A DNA stretch of 64,000 bases from a virus. The notes beneath the pieces are model-generated. The model had not been told where the DNA came from. It made no database searches and saw only the letters and a program-made list of their open reading frames with translations. Positions 17,676-26,390 of this stretch are shown here, one piece after another; position 1 is the stretch's first letter; every line of letters starts with the position of its first letter. Location: the IMG/VR virus record IMGVR_UViG_3300024265_000031, one strand, 5' to 3'. The position numbers and the translations under genes are program-made.

Positions 17676-18995
17676 TTAGGATATTTTCATGGCATTCATG
17701 ATTATTGCTGCGCTTACATCAGTACATGCCTTAACGTGTTGGTTTGTTAAATCTTCTGTGTCATGTTCTGCATGTGCTAATTCATGTAGAAATGTACTGA
17801 TTGCGTCTTGTTTGTGATTGAGTCTTCTTACATTAATTCTGATTTTCTTTGTTATCCTGTCACAATCACCATTAGCAGATGGTAGTCGCGCAATAGAAAT
17901 TTTATTAGTATCAAAACCAAACTTTCTCGCGACTCTTCTTACTGCCTTAACTGATTCTTTCTGATATGGTTCAAGTGAATTATAACTTACATTGAAAGCC
18001 TTTTCCCCCATTTTTTCTTCAACGTATGATTCATCTGTTCCCACAATTTGTTCTAAAATCTGGCAAACATATGTGCCAAATTTTGATCTTTCTATTGGTT
18101 TGGCCTTTCTATGTTTTGCTTCGCGAGTGGCATTTTCTGTTGTTGATATTACAGCGTTTTTACCATAGACTGTTTCAAATGCTTCTTTAATTACATTATC
18201 AGTATCTTGAGGAATTCTAGGAATATATAAATCTTTTTCCTTGCATCCAGATGCTACCGCTTCAAAGAAGAGAGTCCAAGCACTTTCACCATCAATATTT
18301 TGCCAAATATTACCTATACATTCCAGCATTTCCCAAATTGAAATAATGTCGCGGTCTCTGTTAATTTTGTTGGTGAAAATGTTATAACCATATTTAAAAT
18401 CTTTTAAATCTTGTACATAAATTCCATTAACGTACAGTTTAGGTTTAATTGGTTGTGGAGGATCATCATCTGTTACATCATAAATAATCCAGCCATTGCG
18501 AGTTTTACATGCAATGTCAGATGATTCAGGATCAATTAGTTTATCCTGAAATGTTTCATATTCCCAATTATGAATTATAATTTTTGTTCCAACAAAAGGA
18601 TCATCATTTTCTGAATAGTATAACACAAAAGTTTCTGTGTCTGCAATTATCTCTATACCATTGGTAATATAGAGTCCATTAGTGAAAATTTCTGCTTCGA
18701 GTCCCATCCTAGTTATAACAAGCATTGCCAATTTTAAACCTTCTCCAAATTGGCCAATGGGGTTGTCTGTGGTTTTTTCAGAAATTCCTAATAACAATTG
18801 TTTAACTGTCAAACCACTTCCAGAGTCTTCAATCACTAAATTATCTCCCTTCATTTTTACTGAATATTCAAATCCAGTATCAATAGCATTGGAAGTTAAT
18901 TCCCTTACAATTTCCCATGCTCCCCATGTAGGAACATAATCAAGACTCATTCCATATGAAACTTTTTCTGCTGGTTTTTCTAGTGTATTTTCCAT
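17676..18995 (-). CDS. GHKL (HATPase_c-like) ATPase fused to a C-terminal HEXXH zincin-like domain
   Basis: RELTSNAID, EDSGSG and IGQFGEGLK GHKL boxes; FLHELAH near the C-terminus. Confidence 0.8.
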   Translation of the reverse strand: MENTLEKPAEKVSYGMSLDYVPTWGAWEIVRELTSNAIDTGFEYSVKMKGDNLVIEDSGSGLTVKQLLLGISEKTTDNPIGQFGEGLKLAMLVITRMGLEAEIFTNGLYITNGIEIIADTETFVLYYSENDDPFVGTKIIIHNWEYETFQDKLIDPESSDIACKTRNGWIIYDVTDDDPPQPIKPKLYVNGIYVQDLKDFKYGYNIFTNKINRDRDIISIWEMLECIGNIWQNIDGESAWTLFFEAVASGCKEKDLYIPRIPQDTDNVIKEAFETVYGKNAVISTTENATREAKHRKAKPIERSKFGTYVCQILEQIVGTDESYVEEKMGEKAFNVSYNSLEPYQKESVKAVRRVARKFGFDTNKISIARLPSANGDCDRITKKIRINVRRLNHKQDAISTFLHELAHAEHDTEDLTNQHVKACTDVSAAIIMNAMKIS

Positions 18996-19065
18996 TTTAC
19001 TCTCCTTTTTTCTAGTATAAAAAACTCAATGAAATTACTATTTTATTGTATAGTTCTGTTATATA

Positions 19066-19094
19066 ATTATACCATATTTAATGGTTGTTGTCTA
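19066..19094 (-). promoter_or_regulatory. early promoter for the GHKL gene
   Basis: TAGACA-17bp-TATAAT with TG. Confidence 0.7.
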
Positions 19095-20795
19095 ATGTAA
19101 ACCATTATCTTTATTTACCCAAAACATATTATCTTTGCTGCGCGTCATTGCCACATAGATAATATTTTGTTCTTGCTGTATATCTTCTTTGCTTATAGCT
19201 TTTGTTGATGGCATTAATTCTGGACGCAAGATAAAGATATTTTCTGCTTCTTTACCTTTTGCTTTATGAATAGATGAAAATCGTATGCCATAACTATCAT
19301 CTGAAAACATCTCATCTATTTGAGATATTAATTCATTTACTGTTTCAACTTCTTCTGCTATTGCAGAAATTGCCAATATATTGTCTTCTAGATTCTCTAA
19401 TTTTCTGTCAGTATCATTGTCATTTTTTGCAATGATAATATCTCTTCTTTTCATATGATGGTCATCTAGCACTTGCCAAAACTTTTTAATTTCCTGGATA
19501 CTAGTATTTCCTATAGCCTGTTGAATTGTATTGATTAAACCTACTCCAATTTGTTTTCCCAAAACATAAGCTTTGATTCCCTTCTTTAATAATGAGAAAC
19601 AAGGTTTCATTAATGGAGCATTCATTCTACAAATTGCTAAATCACCATCTTTAATGTGGGATAGCAGATTCGTTTCATTTATATATCGTTCTGATCCTTC
19701 TTTTGCTCCTGAAAAAGTTTGAAATTTTATGTGGTTAAATTCCCTGTTTACTGCCGCGACTACTGCCTTACTACATCTAAAACATACAGTTAATGGCATA
19801 ATATCTGCCTGAAGTTTTTCAATCAACAATGGTATCGCGTTAGTATCTGCACCGCGAAAACCATATATACTTTGATATTCATCTCCTACCGCGATAATTC
19901 TACCATTTTCTGTTAGACTATTCATTGCAAAATGAATTTGTGCTAGAGTAAAATCTTGTACTTCGTCTAGCATAAGTACATCAAATTTTCTGCATGATAC
20001 CCCATGCATTCCTGTTGCACAGAATAGGATAACATCTGAAAAATCTACATCTCTTTGAATTAGATTCCCATCTTTATCTAACATTTCAATTGATGTGTAG
20101 AAAATCTCATTGATTCCCCCATAAATCGTTTCTAAATACGGACTGTCAAAATCCACATTGTATTTAGAGCATACCATGTCAATGTTTTCTTCTGTTGGAT
20201 ATAGAAGTTTTCCCTTCAATAAATTTATGACATGCTTCATTTTAAATATGTTCTTTTTTACTTCTTTTGCTTTTCCCTTATCATCAAAATCTTTTATTCT
20301 TTCCCTAATAAGATTTTGTATCTTGTATTTTTGAATTTGAATTTCCTTGCCTAGTGTTGCTCTTACATTTTTTAATGCTAGAGAATGAGTAGTGGAATTA
20401 TAAACCCATGCAGGAGTAATTTCTGCATTATCTTCTGCATTTTGAGTGTTGAAAACAATTAATCCTGCTTGAATATCTGTAGGCAAAAAATCAATTACTC
20501 CCATTAATGTTGTTGTTTTCCCAGTTCCAGCGCGTGCCTTTACCACTAGATGATTATTAGTGGTTTGGATTCTGGTATAGATATTTGTTTGTTCAATTGT
20601 TGGAGGGAATTTTTTTCTTTCCACCTTAATTGTTGATTTTACTGTTTTCTTTTTTGAATAATAACTTACAGTACTACCAGAACATTTAGTTTTTGATTTA
20701 ATATGATGCCAATTAGAACATGCCCAAAACTTTCCCCCATTTTTTGATTTTAAAATCATTGGAGCATTGCATTTTTTGCAATTGGGTATTGTCAT
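19092..20795 (-). CDS. SF1 UvrD/Rep-like helicase with N-terminal topoisomerase-type zinc ribbon
   Basis: CKKC...FWACSN; ARAGTGKTT, DEVQD, VGDEYQSIYGFRGA, SIHKAKGKE, YVAMTRSK; start refined to MTIPN. Confidence 0.9.
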   Translation of the reverse strand: MTIPNCKKCNAPMILKSKNGGKFWACSNWHHIKSKTKCSGSTVSYYSKKKTVKSTIKVERKKFPPTIEQTNIYTRIQTTNNHLVVKARAGTGKTTTLMGVIDFLPTDIQAGLIVFNTQNAEDNAEITPAWVYNSTTHSLALKNVRATLGKEIQIQKYKIQNLIRERIKDFDDKGKAKEVKKNIFKMKHVINLLKGKLLYPTEENIDMVCSKYNVDFDSPYLETIYGGINEIFYTSIEMLDKDGNLIQRDVDFSDVILFCATGMHGVSCRKFDVLMLDEVQDFTLAQIHFAMNSLTENGRIIAVGDEYQSIYGFRGADTNAIPLLIEKLQADIMPLTVCFRCSKAVVAAVNREFNHIKFQTFSGAKEGSERYINETNLLSHIKDGDLAICRMNAPLMKPCFSLLKKGIKAYVLGKQIGVGLINTIQQAIGNTSIQEIKKFWQVLDDHHMKRRDIIIAKNDNDTDRKLENLEDNILAISAIAEEVETVNELISQIDEMFSDDSYGIRFSSIHKAKGKEAENIFILRPELMPSTKAISKEDIQQEQNIIYVAMTRSKDNMFWVNKDNGLH

Positions 20796-20970
20796 TTTTT
20801 TAACCTCATTTTTTTGTATAATTTGTCGATTCTGGTATTTTTGCCTGTTATTGGCGGCTACAGGAAAATTTTCTGTTATAGTGGAAAAACAGTTTTCTTG
20901 GGGAAAATGCAATCCCAAAATTTTCCTGTGGTCGCGCGGTAATAACGCGACAAACTTTAAATATACTTTA

Positions 20971-20999
20971 AGTATAGCATTAATAGTGGTAATTGTCAA
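20971..20999 (-). promoter_or_regulatory. promoter for the helicase, long structured leader
   Basis: TTGACA-17bp-TATACT with TG. Confidence 0.8.
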
Positions 21000-21064
21000 G
21001 TAATAATGATTATTATGAATTAAATATTAAATATTAAGATCTGTAATTTTTGTCCAGTTTAAAA

Positions 21065-21196
21065 CAGCTCTCACACCTGGCAGAGCTGTAAGCCAGGTCG
21101 CAGCTCTCACACCTGGCAGAGCTGTAAGCCAGGTCGCAGCTCTCACACCTGGCAGAGCTGTAAGCCAGGTCGCAGCTCTCACACCTGGCAGAGCTG
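21065..21196. repeat. GC-rich perfect tandem repeat, 36-bp unit x3.67
   Basis: CAGCTCTCACACCTGGCAGAGCTGTAAGCCAGGTCG at 21065, 21101, 21137 and a partial copy at 21173. Confidence 0.95.
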
Positions 21197-21298
21197 ATTA
21201 ACCCATCGGATTAAAACGTCTTTAAACCCCATTTTAAGCGATTCTAAGGAGTATTATTGTCAATAACTGGAAACATATACCAGCACAGTCTTAAACGC

Positions 21299-21328
21299 AA
21301 AAATCGCCAATTTTGCAATTGGCGATTC
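21299..21328 (-). terminator. intrinsic terminator of the DUF262 gene
   Basis: AATCGCCAATT-loop-AATTGGCGATT running into a T-tract on the minus strand. Confidence 0.75.
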
Positions 21329-21361
21329 TTGTCTATGGATTCAGATAAAATCTGAATTTTA

Positions 21362-22591
21362 TCAGTCTAATTCATTGGTCTTAATCATGCCGGTAACATT
21401 GCCGCGCGGAGTAAAATCATTTACGGATTCTTCTTTGGCGGATTCTACTTTTGCCATTTTTTCTGTCATGGTATCCGCGTCAATAATTTCAGGTTCGCCA
21501 TTGCGCGATTTATTGGTTTGTTTCTTTGGTTTGGTTTTTTCTACAATGGGCTTGGGTTTGTCACCATTGCCTGATAGAATCTTGCCAATTATTTCATGAC
21601 GCTTGACAATTTGACCGTTTGACGCTGTAGCAGAAGAACAAGAATCGCCGTAGAAAATGCGCATATCGGACCGCGCATTGCGCAATTGCCCAAAAAATTC
21701 AATGAGATAAAGAGTCATATTCTCACATGATTCTTTTTTCTCATTGCCTACCAGATTCGCAAGGATTGCTTCTACATGAGTCTTTTTTGAGAAACGCTTT
21801 ACACTTGCGATATCACTTTTTTCAGTGAATTCTACTGATACAATCCAGTACAATCTATCCAGTTTTTTCTTCAAATTGGCGATATCTTGCTTCGTCAATG
21901 TATGCGCAATAAACCAGTCTATTGCCTTGCGCGAGGTATAGTCAAGGTTTGCGGATTCTTCGTTCATTGACATAATAGATTGTATAACAATTGACTCAAC
22001 AACCAAAGATTTAAACGGGTTGTTTTTCAAGTTTGCTTTGTCGTTCATAAAATCCCAAACCTTATGATTCACGCAAGAATCAAGGTCTAATAATTTGTCA
22101 ACTATTTCACCGCGTTTCGCTTCTAACAGAGTCAATGGAATTCCACCGCGGTTTATATCGATGAAATATTCTACTACTTCGCTATCATCGAGAGACAATA
22201 CAACCATCATGATAACAGTGTTTAAAAATTGTTCGCGTTCGCGTTCTTGCCAATCCATAACACCATTTCCATTAACATTGTCGTCATAGTCTGTAGGGGT
22301 AAGCAACCCATCATACAAGCTTGACAACGTGCGCGTCCGTTGCTTCCCATCTACCATATTATACATGCCATTATCACGTGTGGCCAAAAATAAACCAATT
22401 GGTCTACCAGTCAAAATTGAACGAACAAAATTATCAACTATGTTTGGTTTATTCCAGTGATTTTTATCAGTTCGCTGATACGCCATAGCGGTATTAATCC
22501 TTCCCTTATTGCGTAGGGCTAGATATTCCCTGACAGTTAATTCTACCATTTCATAATTTTTAACCATTGCGTTTTTTTGTGTTTCAGTCAT
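21362..22591 (-). CDS. DUF262 (ParB/Srx-like, GmrS-type) domain protein
   Basis: YQR...W...SIL.G.PIG, VDGKQRT.TL and F.DINRGG.PLT motifs; no HNH/DUF1524 C-terminus seen. Confidence 0.8.
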   Translation of the reverse strand: MTETQKNAMVKNYEMVELTVREYLALRNKGRINTAMAYQRTDKNHWNKPNIVDNFVRSILTGRPIGLFLATRDNGMYNMVDGKQRTRTLSSLYDGLLTPTDYDDNVNGNGVMDWQEREREQFLNTVIMMVVLSLDDSEVVEYFIDINRGGIPLTLLEAKRGEIVDKLLDLDSCVNHKVWDFMNDKANLKNNPFKSLVVESIVIQSIMSMNEESANLDYTSRKAIDWFIAHTLTKQDIANLKKKLDRLYWIVSVEFTEKSDIASVKRFSKKTHVEAILANLVGNEKKESCENMTLYLIEFFGQLRNARSDMRIFYGDSCSSATASNGQIVKRHEIIGKILSGNGDKPKPIVEKTKPKKQTNKSRNGEPEIIDADTMTEKMAKVESAKEESVNDFTPRGNVTGMIKTNELD

Positions 22592-22941
22592 TTTACCTAT
22601 TCCTTATATGAATTGAATTATTGAATAAATTATGTACATCATTGTACAAATTGCGATTATTTCAGTATTATATTTTTTCATGTATTTTTTCCTTTTTTTG
22701 TAAAGTACTTTGAATAAAAATTAGTGATTAATTTCACTTTGATAATTTGCTATTCATACCTCTATAGAATAGCAAATTACGCAAGTAAAATCAAGGAATA
22801 ATTTGATTTTTAATTTTGAGAAGTTTATACCTCAAAAACAATACTTGCCACAAAAACCAATTTAAAAAACCTGTAAAGATATCCCTTTTGTTTTTGCAAA
22901 AATCAAGTAAGCTTACAATTGTTTTCATTATGATAAAATCC

Positions 22942-23142
22942 TTATTTTATTGGTGACAAATTAGAGTAATATCTATCAACACAAAATAGACAAAATGCTA
23001 TAGCTTTTGTCAATGTGGGATATTTATTTACTACTTCTCTGTCATTGTATGTTAGGTGTATACCCCACTTTTCAACAGGGTTATATTCAAGATGAAATTT
23101 TACCCCATCGATATAAATTATTCTATCATGTATTGCGTACAT
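22942..23142 (-). CDS. hypothetical protein
   Basis: GAGG RBS. Confidence 0.55.
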   Translation of the reverse strand: MYAIHDRIIYIDGVKFHLEYNPVEKWGIHLTYNDREVVNKYPTLTKAIAFCLFCVDRYYSNLSPIK

Positions 23143-23347
23143 TTTATTTTGCCTCTTTTTTCTAAAATACTTTTGTTTCAGATATTATCTTAATACAAGA
23201 ATAGCATACCACAAAAACCACATTGCAAATATGGCATTCCTTGTCATCGTAACAACCATTATTATTATATGTATTTTTCTTATTGTCAACATTTTAGACT
23301 CCTTTTGTCTGATTAAGATTTAATAGTTTGGGTTAAACCCTACAAAA

Positions 23348-23377
23348 ATTATACAATTGGAAGTACTGTTTTGTCAA
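23348..23377 (-). promoter_or_regulatory. first leftward early promoter
   Basis: TTGACA-18bp-TATAAT. Confidence 0.7.
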
Positions 23378-23389
23378 GCACTCTATCAT

Positions 23390-24790
23390 TGCATTTATAC
23401 GATATGATATACTATGTCATATAGATATATATCTATATGTATTGTAGGATGATACTATACTATAGTGTATTAGTACTATAATACAGTATAGCTTATGCAT
23501 ATATAGATAAGTATCTATATGTATTGTAGCATGATACCAGTATATACTAATATTAACTTAACTATAGTGTATAGAGAAGCCTTCTCTACCACAACAAGAT
23601 CATACAATTAGAACATACATTCTATTTTACTAGGGATTCTCTCTTATAAGTGATTATTACTTCATTTAAAGGATTTATTTTATCTCAAGCATTTTTTATC
23701 CGGTAAAATGTATCCAACACAACAACAGTTTAAAACGTGTTTAAAGGTATCATACAGCGATTCTAAGTGATTATTTTACAATAAATGACTATAGGATATC
23801 AATTTACTTTTTAATTGTACTCTGATTGCATTTTATGGTATCCTTGTAACGTATATGATGGTAATATACATTATGTGAGTACAATGTATATACATATGGT
23901 ATGTTTGTGGTATATAATTTATAATGATATGGTGTATAGTTTATAGGGATATGATATAATGATGTATGATGTGATGTATATATATTTTTTTTTAAAATTA
24001 AATTTATATTTTATATGTATACACTCAATAATCTTAAGGTTTATATTCAATTTTCTTTAATCCTATCACCAAACTATTCATTTATCCTTATTACTTGTTA
24101 TTATTATAATATAATGAGAAGTAATACTAGATAGAAGGGTGGTATAAATATTGGCAGTATCCCAAGAATTGACAGGGCCATCGGGCTATTTTACTCACAC
24201 ACTACATTTCACATCATTTTTTTTCATTTTACAAATCACATTCCACTATTTATTCACTATGCAATTCTTCAGTCATAAATATAAAAATGGCATATAGAAA
24301 AATAAAAAATAATAATAACTTATTCAATGACAATAAAAAAAGGCACTCATATAAATATTGAGTTTCTAGTATTTTTTGAAGGTATAATGTATACTGGGTA
24401 ACGGGGAAGTTAAATAAAAAATTAAAAAAAAATACTAGATAATCATAATGATTATCTAGTATACTATAATGTCGAATAATAATTTAGTATTCTATATTAT
24501 TAAACAAGACTATTATATAGGTGAAGCAATTAAAAATGAAAGAGGGAAGTTGTTTTTGTGGCTACAGAAAAATAGGGAATTCTATATACCCTTCTTTTAA
24601 CACATCTCAGAATATTTCTATAAAATTGAAAAATATTACTGTTGATAACTATATATTTTTTTGTGGATTCTAATAATTTTATAATTCTAGGGAACTTTTA
24701 TTCTAGAAATTCACTAAGTCATGAAGCCGCGGGTTTACTACACTAGAATTATTGAGTTTTAGGGTATTTAAAACTAGTCAAATTCACATA
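23390..24790. other. long non-coding AT-rich region (candidate replication origin or genome terminus/pac region)
   Basis: no ORF of 60 aa or more; 22-bp palindrome at 23418-23439; 26-bp direct repeat x2; abrupt GT-rich/AC-rich skew blocks. Confidence 0.45.
24424..24462 (-). terminator. 15-1-15 palindrome with T-tract; probable terminator for the YonV-like unit
   Basis: ATACTAGATAATCAT-A-ATGATTATCTAGTAT followed by poly-T on the minus strand. Confidence 0.55.
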
Positions 24791-24791
24791 T

Positions 24792-26075
24792 TTAATATTC
24801 TAAGTATTTTCGCAACAAATTTCTCATTCTTTCACTAGGTATATAAATTTGTATTTCTTTATCATTTCTTATGGCGCTCCTAAATATCCACTGTAGCATT
24901 TCTGATAGAGCAAACTTATCTTGATCTATTTGAATATTTCTTTTTTTGAAAAATAAATTATAATAAGGATTGATATACCTATTCACCATGTAAGCCAGAA
25001 CGGTTCTATCCCCATAATTGTTAGTGGCTCTGGAGTTTACTGAAATATGATTTTTAGGCGAAACATTTTTACTCTTTAGTAAATTGATATGTGGTTTAAA
25101 GCAAGTCCACAATCTTTCAGAGGATTTGCTATGAGTAATATTGGTAAAAAAATTTCTCATATTATTTTGTAGAATTGGAATAAATGATGGATTTTTATCA
25201 TACCAGTTAGAAGAGAGAGTAGTTTCATGTAATCTATTTTTGGTATCATAGTAAGCTTCACCAATTTTGTTTATTTTATGATTTTGTTGAAAAACTATTT
25301 TTCTAAGTATTTTTTGCTTCCACTCGCTTTCGTCATGCAATCCCTTTTCAATTGAAAACTTGTTATTTATATGATCGTGTACAATATGATAAATAGAATA
25401 ATCCAACTCGAAATAATCATAATAATAGCTTTGCATTTGTGAAGAAAATTGGTGAGTCATAATAAATACTTCAGAGAATGTTCCTTCCATGAAAACACTT
25501 ATTGGGAATGACCATAGCAATAATGAATCGCTCACTAAGTATAATAGTCCTCTGTTTGCCATTTCTTTCATTGGCTCATAAAAACTAAGAGTTTTATTAG
25601 ATAGCCATCGTATTGTGTAATCATCATCGACCCCTATTGTATTATCGTCTTTTAATATACTTACATCATTTCTTGTAATATGGTCTTGTTGTTCTCTGGC
25701 TAAGTCTTTTTTCCCAGATACATTCCATTTATCTATGGTTTGAAATACTTCATCTAGAAATAATATATATTCGTGTAATCGCAATGCTTGTATCAATTCA
25801 TCAGATATATTGGAGAATAGTGCGTGGGTAGAAACAATATTTTCTCCATCCATAACTAATTGAACCAGGTGTCTTAGTTTGCTTCCTTTGCCTTTTCTGG
25901 CATCTGGTTGCACAAAATTTTTATTAGGACAAGATTTTATAATTCTGTTTACTTCATCCAGATATGGAGTAATATAAATTATTTTAGTGTCCGAATCCGA
26001 TTCATTGATTGTTTGGATTCCAAAACTTGTTTTCCCGCACCCTGGATATCCATCTATTACTTTTACTCTGCTCAT
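24792..26075 (-). CDS. SF2 helicase-fold protein, SPbeta YonV-like
   Basis: VIDGYPGCGKTS, YITPYLDEV, STHALF, LDEV and SEMLQWIFRSAIR motifs; located next to the YonO-like gene. Confidence 0.75.
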   Translation of the reverse strand: MSRVKVIDGYPGCGKTSFGIQTINESDSDTKIIYITPYLDEVNRIIKSCPNKNFVQPDARKGKGSKLRHLVQLVMDGENIVSTHALFSNISDELIQALRLHEYILFLDEVFQTIDKWNVSGKKDLAREQQDHITRNDVSILKDDNTIGVDDDYTIRWLSNKTLSFYEPMKEMANRGLLYLVSDSLLLWSFPISVFMEGTFSEVFIMTHQFSSQMQSYYYDYFELDYSIYHIVHDHINNKFSIEKGLHDESEWKQKILRKIVFQQNHKINKIGEAYYDTKNRLHETTLSSNWYDKNPSFIPILQNNMRNFFTNITHSKSSERLWTCFKPHINLLKSKNVSPKNHISVNSRATNNYGDRTVLAYMVNRYINPYYNLFFKKRNIQIDQDKFALSEMLQWIFRSAIRNDKEIQIYIPSERMRNLLRKYLEY

Positions 26076-26266
26076 AAAGTTTTCTCGATACTATGGAACA
26101 TTTTACCAGTATCTTTTAATTTATCTTTGGGAATGGCATAATGGAGAGCCAGAAACCTTCTCAATTCAGTCATCCATAATTCCCAGTCACAATTAGCCAT
26201 TTCTTTCCATATTTCTACATCCTCTACTTGGGATCTAGCAAGAATTTCTTTTATTTCAATATTCAT
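26072..26266 (-). CDS. hypothetical protein
   Basis: AGGAG RBS; ATGA overlap with the downstream gene. Confidence 0.65.
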   Translation of the reverse strand: MNIEIKEILARSQVEDVEIWKEMANCDWELWMTELRRFLALHYAIPKDKLKDTGKMFHSIEKTL

Positions 26267-26296
26267 TGTGCTCCTAAATGTTAGTTTCTAGTAATA

Positions 26297-26325
26297 ATTA
26301 TAACATATATTGGTATATTTGTCAA
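26297..26325 (-). promoter_or_regulatory. leftward promoter of a divergent pair
   Basis: TTGACA-17bp-TATAAT with TG. Confidence 0.85.
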
Positions 26326-26336
26326 TAGACAACCAC

Positions 26337-26365
26337 TTGACAAAACGGTAATTTTATGGTATACT
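26337..26365 (+). promoter_or_regulatory. rightward promoter driving the RNA polymerase operon
   Basis: TTGACA-17bp-TATACT with TG. Confidence 0.85.
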
Positions 26366-26390
26366 TTTAGTAATATGAAAGGAATAAAGT

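Noticed and set aside
20796-20999. 68-aa N-terminal extension of the helicase
   Set aside because: The tracked TTG start is the promoter -35 box; the region is a structured leader.
21065-21196. CRISPR mini-array or TIGR-like guide array (36-bp period)
   Set aside because: All units are identical with no variable spacers, and no cas or Nop-domain gene was recognised in the window.
537-22289. Plus-strand ORFs in the left arm (and minus-strand ORFs in the right arm)
   Set aside because: Antisense shadows of RBS-bearing genes, with no motifs or RBS of their own.
23611-23622. LexA box GAAC-N4-GTTC
   Set aside because: One mismatch (GAACATACATTC), single copy, and not overlapping an identified promoter.
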